64,000 bases of DNA, taken from Neophaeotheca triangularis (taxonomy: Eukaryota). How positions within the stretch are numbered: position 1 is the first letter of the stretch; each line of letters starts with the position of its first letter. Below the pieces are notes generated by a model that was not told the DNA's origin, made no database searches, and saw nothing but the letters and a program-made list of their open reading frames with translations. The translations under genes and the position numbers were made by a program. This document shows, piece after piece, positions 59,701 to 64,000 of the stretch. The stretch lies in contig BAAIJX010000003.1 in the NCBI GenBank assembly GCA_054600435.1, positions 248,001 through 312,000 of the forward strand, in the 5' to 3' direction.

Positions 59701-60463
59701 GCATGCCGATGTTGCTGCGCACGAAGGCACTTTCGAGAGTTTGAAGGTCCTCGTTTGTCTTGTAGCCGTTCGGATACTGAATGATGAGGACAAGGTACTC
59801 GCTGGGGTCGATCTGCCAAGCTTGACAGACTTCTTCGGTCAAGCGAAGCTTTGACATGCGGATGGAGATGGACACATAACAAGTATTGCCCTGCAGAAGT
59901 TGCCCTTGATAGCCGACCTTGAAGCCGCTTGCCTTGGCGATTCTGAGATCCTCGCGTATTGCCTGACAAAAAGCATTGCTTTTGGATGTGTTGCGCGTCG
60001 AGGACTGACCATCGAGTGTCGTGAGTACATTGCCGTGATCGTCGAGATGATCATCAGCGTAGACATCGTCCTCATCGTCGTCCTCAGGTTCCGAGTCGTC
60101 AACGAAGGAATCTGCCATGTAGCTGTCTCCGTCACATGCCTGCCCAAGGGCACTTGCGACCATCTCGAGCAACTCAGAGACGGTCTTGCGGTTGGTTCCA
60201 GAAATATTTTCCAAAGCTGCGCCGATTTGAGGTGGAGCATCGTCCCCGCCGAAGATCATATACTCATGATTTTTTGGGTAATCGGAAAGCTCTGGAACCA
60301 TGGCTGTGACCTTGACCGGCTTGCTCGACTGGGAATCACTGGGAAGAGTGAAAAGAAACTCAAACTGGCCATCATCTTCGCCAGCCTTGATGTCGTGGAT
60401 GCCTTCGGGGTGGATGCCTTGGATTGCCGTTTGAAGGTCAGTGTTGTACTGACGGCGCGGCAT
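56798..60463 (-). CDS. Multidomain PARP-like ADP-ribosyltransferase fused to a C-terminal UBE2Q-type ubiquitin-conjugating domain (intronless)
   Basis: Cys cluster FCLVCH...VCDSHLC; ART motifs AWHGS..NWHSIVRSGL, AYGDGVYFA, LALNEIVN, PFYVV...QRYLFV; E2 motifs RRLMKEL, YQWIVEL, DYPFSPPYIRVIRPRF, GGAMCMELLT..GWS. First ATG at 60463. Confidence 0.9.
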   Translation of the reverse strand: MPRRQYNTDLQTAIQGIHPEGIHDIKAGEDDGQFEFLFTLPSDSQSSKPVKVTAMVPELSDYPKNHEYMIFGGDDAPPQIGAALENISGTNRKTVSELLEMVASALGQACDGDSYMADSFVDDSEPEDDDEDDVYADDHLDDHGNVLTTLDGQSSTRNTSKSNAFCQAIREDLRIAKASGFKVGYQGQLLQGNTCYVSISIRMSKLRLTEEVCQAWQIDPSEYLVLIIQYPNGYKTNEDLQTLESAFVRSNIGMRVCAGKRYKPTLREAISAFTVAKKVDSDSLKSNQLPEAIEVGLGDMMHDIFISKPLADLLEERLVEILRYRSSHLSWRGAEDFFNYQHAKAGGGGQHGENIPDEYFRPEDIKTDLPAIVMGDHFAESGQLFKHSFPLLAMQFTLRHFVRCTEFCLVCHRKLDEEVEAIKPYVCDSHLCLFQYMAMGFGPSIEHEVMAQPYVVDLLVSFCYAGASARRLKDLPIGLALVVPFLKGGRYDPFSGPVDAYGMPLHNASNTNTPQPSTAEEPPTYTVQYNSGSRELTFSKRPSGGCPVKRGQWIVMSLKDDKEARELHCRVRNTNLYPTIQIDEPIVVQCKGTHPTYLGRTAPATTAQDADKATKSTPAESQGWREAKIRVYAQDFEKLNEADQQTAMCQLLDTLPSVKETQTFLAKSYPPNLAKWVERISPSALSLLRWIIASNRACIMEVDGDQGLLERPKQQERVFGMKGYMQFRFAMGAPDKEQRFREEVRKVSERKDLKFSTIFAWHGSPLMNWHSIVRSGLHFDRVDHGRAYGDGVYFAKDANTSTGYSGGHRGGTSGMPWPNSVLKVTSALALNEIVNAPDEFQSSNPFYVVKQCEWIQQRYLFVSMDQSSVTKAGDERQPIREHPQDPSRTPSGLSGHKIMIPASAIKTITKTGKQKQPDDVHASKKLKGKGGFDDPVVLDSDDAVGDDGASVATEAEDIDILLSDDEVANRDATAGASQDLTLRHKSPKKGRKAAARTDFVPGSLDHSTLPIMPVPTYANSSTTRRLMKELQHLAKIQNSTAPEDLGWYIEVDKIENAYQWIVELHSFHTLSLPGSSTKNPKPLPLVQQMKDKKITSVVLEIRFGADYPFSPPYIRVIRPRFLSFAQGGGGHIVMGGAMCMELLTNTGWSSVSSMESVLLQVRLAIASDPPAKLDVRASGDYGTGEAADGCVRACQTHGWKVPPGFQEVANGMQPESATGKK

Positions 60464-61473
60464 GATTGTGTTGAGGTTCCGTTTGGTCGGCTCTCGGTCG
60501 AGGGGGAAGAAGAGGTTACGCAAGTGTCACTACCAGGAGCCTGCAATCCGGAGGGTGGCTGGCTCGGTAGCGCTGGGTCGGTAAAGACTGAAGAAGAAGT
60601 CGGCTGTTGAAGGAGAGGAAGATGGCTTCTTGTGGCCTGCCAAAGGTGCAAGGCCAGAAGAAGGTGTTGAAAGCGTTGAAGCGTGAGGCGAAAGGCGAAA
60701 GGTGAAAGGTGCAAGGTGCAAGGTACAAATGGAAATGTTGCAAGGTTGAGAGTGAAGGCGAGGTGAGGTTGGAGTTGGAATCCCAAAGCAGTCAAGGCCG
60801 GTGGAAAGTGCGCGTGTTGTCGATGGTTGCACAAGCCGGCATAATACTAGTAGCGCTCCAGTAATGAGTGAGATGACTGTACTCTGCGTGTGTATTATGA
60901 TTGTATGGCGGGAGCGGTGGTGGTGGTGGCTATGGTTAAGGAGTGAAGTGCTGGTAAATACAGTACAGTATGGATAGGTAAGCACAAATGGAGACCTACC
61001 TACAGTACGACGATAATGTGATTCACGATATGGTATGGTATGTAGGTGTAGTGTACCTTAGGCATCTATCGAATCGAATCAAATCGGGCTTGGCGCGAGG
61101 CTGCTGTATCTTGACTTCCAAGGCTGCCTCGAGAGGTGATTCCTACTGCTGCCTGGGCGCGTGAACAGGCAGCAGAGTCTCCCTCGCGCTTGGTGTTGGT
61201 CGTGGTAGTAGTCAGGCAAGTCAGGGCAAGAGCGCACCTGCCGGGCTGTGCCTACCTAGTGCCCCACCCTGCATATGCCAAGCTACCCGCCCCGCATTGC
61301 GCTAAGAGGAGGCACAGTTCCAGGTTAGGTACATGTCGGGTAGTATGCGGAAGCGGACGTCTTCTCCTTTGGGAAGGCATGTCGCTATACAGACAACTTC
61401 CTGGTGCCTTCCTGGTGTCTGCTTCAATCATTCCAATCTACTTGCTACGACGCTCTGGAACCAGCTTGCAGCC

Positions 61474-62514
61474 ATGGCTATGACATCCAAAGTGGAGCCC
61501 AAATCCTCCCACCTATCAGACAGCCTCCTCCAATCTTTCCTTCAACAAGAGTTCGATCCAGCAGCATATCTAAACACAACACTACCTTCGCTCTCCACCC
61601 CTTCCACTGCACGTAGTACCCATAACAACAGTGCAGTACCGCTAAGCGATCTGAGCACTCAAACACAAACCCTGCTGTCTCAACTCAACGCACAAACGGC
61701 AAGGCTGTCAACAACCCTAACCCAACTCACGGACGACATCATCCGGAGTGGCAGCAGACTAGCCTACGAAGTCGACCTACTCAAAGGCGAAGCCAGCGGC
61801 TTGACCGACGCACTGAACGATGGTCTAAGACAGGACATTGAGCTGCTAGCTTCGAACCCCAAGAGCCACGTTGACAGTGCGACCATACCCTCAGCCATCG
61901 AAGAAGCGAACGGCAAGCCCACCAACGATGACCCGCCTACAACAGACCCAGCACAAGCCGAGCTCACCCAGCTCGACCGTCTCCGTACCCTCACAGAAGC
62001 TCGCGAACGGCTAGACAGCGTGATCCAACTCTTCGGCCGCGCTATGGCCTGGCCCCTCTCCCCTTCCGAACAAGCCTCGCTAGGCTCTTCCTTCATCTCC
62101 GTTTCCGCACCGACAGGCGAAAGCGAAGCCGAGCTGCGTACTCGCGAGACCAAAGCGAAAGAGTTCACGGAGAAAGAACGCGGTGAGATCAACGAGCTCA
62201 TTGGGAATGGTAGCGATGCGAAGGGTTTGCAGGAGGCTGCGGAGAGGGTGGAGGAGTTGAGGTCCTTGTTGGCAGTATGGGAGGGTACGGCGGAGGAGAA
62301 AGCTAGACGGGGATTTGTGGAGGGATTGGCTAGGATGGTTGAGGAGAAGGAGAGGGCTGTGGCGGAGAAGGGGATTGCTGGGAGGGGTCAGCGGGCTGTG
62401 GGGGAGAGGGTGCCGGGGATGAGGTACGGGACTCAGGACGCTGGAGTTGGGCAGAGTGGGTATGGGTTTATGAGGGGACTTAGGAAGCTTGGTGATGGGG
62501 TGTATCTCGACTGA
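61474..62514 (+). CDS. Helical/coiled-coil protein, possibly a COG7-like tethering-complex subunit
   Basis: N-terminal FLQQEFDPAAYLN resembles CATCHR-subunit N-termini, followed by heptad-like LSQLNAQTARLSTTLTQLTDDIIRSGSRLAYEV. Family assignment tentative. Confidence 0.7.
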   Translation: MAMTSKVEPKSSHLSDSLLQSFLQQEFDPAAYLNTTLPSLSTPSTARSTHNNSAVPLSDLSTQTQTLLSQLNAQTARLSTTLTQLTDDIIRSGSRLAYEVDLLKGEASGLTDALNDGLRQDIELLASNPKSHVDSATIPSAIEEANGKPTNDDPPTTDPAQAELTQLDRLRTLTEARERLDSVIQLFGRAMAWPLSPSEQASLGSSFISVSAPTGESEAELRTRETKAKEFTEKERGEINELIGNGSDAKGLQEAAERVEELRSLLAVWEGTAEEKARRGFVEGLARMVEEKERAVAEKGIAGRGQRAVGERVPGMRYGTQDAGVGQSGYGFMRGLRKLGDGVYLD

Positions 62515-63267
62515 GGTATCGTCGAGGACGGCATGGGATCTGTCGAGACCAAAAGGACATTGCGAATACGACCAGTTGCGCGAGCCTCACGGGAATACCA
62601 GTCATTGCTTTGTAATGATTCAAAGGCCTGCTTTTCCTCGGCCCCGACGCCAAAACTTATGCACTCAGAACCTCGATAGCCTCAGCGAGCTGAAACCCGA
62701 CATGCAGCGTGCTGTGGACTCGGCGTCGCAGCACCATTTCTGCGATAGCTCAGCTGAGCGAGGGTGCTTACGCTTTTCATTTTGCTCCAGCTGTATGCTG
62801 GCAGTGATTCGCAGAGCGCCCTCGAACTACGATTCGCACAACGCTCGCCTCTGAAATCTATGCAGTTTGCCGACGCCGCAGCGTTGATTCCGCTTTTGTC
62901 TACTCAAATTAGACTCGGATACGTGATTGCATCACGGTCTTGGTATGTAATACCTTCCCTCTACCACATAACGTTGACGTTCCTGGTTTTGAGGAGAGCT
63001 CTAGGCGTCTTGCTGCTCTCGCCTGCAGCTCGCCGTGGCCGCTCTGGAAGCCAAGTAAGTGTAAACCATGTTATATCTGATGGATGATTGATCAAGAAAA
63101 ACAAAGAAAGCGAGAGAGGCATAATGAACATCAAGAGAGAAAGCTGACGGAACTCCCATTCAAAGTGCTCGATTGCAAATACCAAAGACAGAAGTCCAAC
63201 AGCTAGTCCCAGCAAACCGCTCGTTGAATCCTCACGCCACGCCACACCCCAAACAAACGCATCCCCC

Positions 63268-64000
63268 CTACTCCTCCGCAACCGCCGCCTCTACCGCCGC
63301 CCTCTCCGCCCTCAACCCCTGCAACAACACCCGGTGCCCCCAGGGATCACATCCCTGGCACAAGTACTCGGTCTCGTCGTCCTCAACATCCTCCTGCACC
63401 GCCTCCCCCATACACCCGACGTGCTGCCAAACCCCACATCCATCGCACCCAACCATGTGCTCCCCATCATCCTCCCCGGCCCCACAAACACATCGCACAG
63501 TCTCATCCCCCTTGTCGAAATTCACCGCGCGTGCAAACTCCGGGCGGAAGTCCGGGAAAACGTCCTTGCGCCCCTTCCTCACCGCGAGGCCCTTCCTCGG
63601 CGGGGGGAGGCTGGCGCGGAACTCCTCCGTCAAGCGCTCCAGGAGGGCCTTGCTCGCCGCGCGAGCCTCGGCAATACTCGCCGGCAGCGCCTCGCCGTCC
63701 ATGACAGCCGCAAGCACCGCAGCATCGACAGCGGCAGGCTTCTTCCTCGGCGCCTTGGTAAGTCTTGGCTTTTTGGCAGCCCTCGCCCTCGTGATGTCAC
63801 CGTCCCCCTCTTCCTCCGCAGAGGGGGAACGGCCGCGCTTCCTGGGAGAAGCAGCGGCGGCGCCCGGCACGGCCGATTCATCAGTCCTATCGTCCCCGAC
63901 TGGCTCGCCGTCCGGGCGCGCGTGCTTCTCCGCAGGAGCGGCTTTAGTGGCCTGTGGTGGTGGCGAGCTGGGCGGCGTCGTCGAGGCTCCTCCAGGCACA
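63268..64000 (-). CDS. PHD-finger protein, 3' part only (5' end outside window)
   Basis: VRCVCG...MVGCDGCGVWQHVGC...YLCQGC = C4HC3 PHD pattern; basic NLS-like segments upstream. Confidence 0.85.
   Translation of the reverse strand, partial: VPGGASTTPPSSPPPQATKAAPAEKHARPDGEPVGDDRTDESAVPGAAAASPRKRGRSPSAEEEGDGDITRARAAKKPRLTKAPRKKPAAVDAAVLAAVMDGEALPASIAEARAASKALLERLTEEFRASLPPPRKGLAVRKGRKDVFPDFRPEFARAVNFDKGDETVRCVCGAGEDDGEHMVGCDGCGVWQHVGCMGEAVQEDVEDDETEYLCQGCDPWGHRVLLQGLRAERAAVEAAVAEE

Noticed and set aside
44039..60463. Apparent proteostasis cluster (GPI8, CCT3, E2, bleomycin hydrolase, PARP-E2)
   Set aside because: Housekeeping genes of unrelated pathways in mixed orientation. No evidence of a functional cluster and no secondary-metabolite backbone gene.
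60640..60770. Degenerate 7-mer repeats (aaggtgc/aaggcga) upstream of the PARP-E2 gene
   Set aside because: Short simple-sequence repeat similar to other UTR microsatellites here; no further structure visible.

Overview
Gene-dense eukaryotic DNA from a filamentous ascomycete: GT-AG introns with CTRAC/CTAAC branch points, and Pezizomycotina-type proteins. A Dothideomycete origin is plausible but cannot be proven from the sequence alone. About 22 protein-coding loci can be reconstructed. Recognisable genes are the PKA regulatory subunit, SNF1 kinase, a PTH11-like membrane protein, a GPI-anchored repeat protein, a PTC5-like PP2C, an MSS116/CYT-19 helicase, a PSP1-domain protein, nitronate monooxygenase, a BTB-like protein, GPI8, a GST-like protein, CCT3, a UBE2G-type E2, bleomycin hydrolase, an MFS transporter, a PARP-like/UBE2Q fusion, a COG7-like protein and a partial PHD-finger gene; the rest are hypotheticals. 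No tRNA, rRNA, CRISPR array or intact transposon was recognised. The most notable observations are: (1) an intact three-exon mitochondrial PP2C whose metal-binding aspartates are replaced (candidate pseudophosphatase); (2) a zinc-finger/ADP-ribosyltransferase/E2 fusion; (3) a gene broken by five TAA/TAG stops in one frame (RIP-like); (4) a G-to-A-eroded ~165-bp tandem repeat in the promoter of a GPI protein carrying a possible Kex2 site; (5) recurring sharp C/A-rich to G/T-rich strand-skew switches; (6) an unusually long, intron-laden PSP1 locus. Exon boundaries were inferred by eye and no database search was run.
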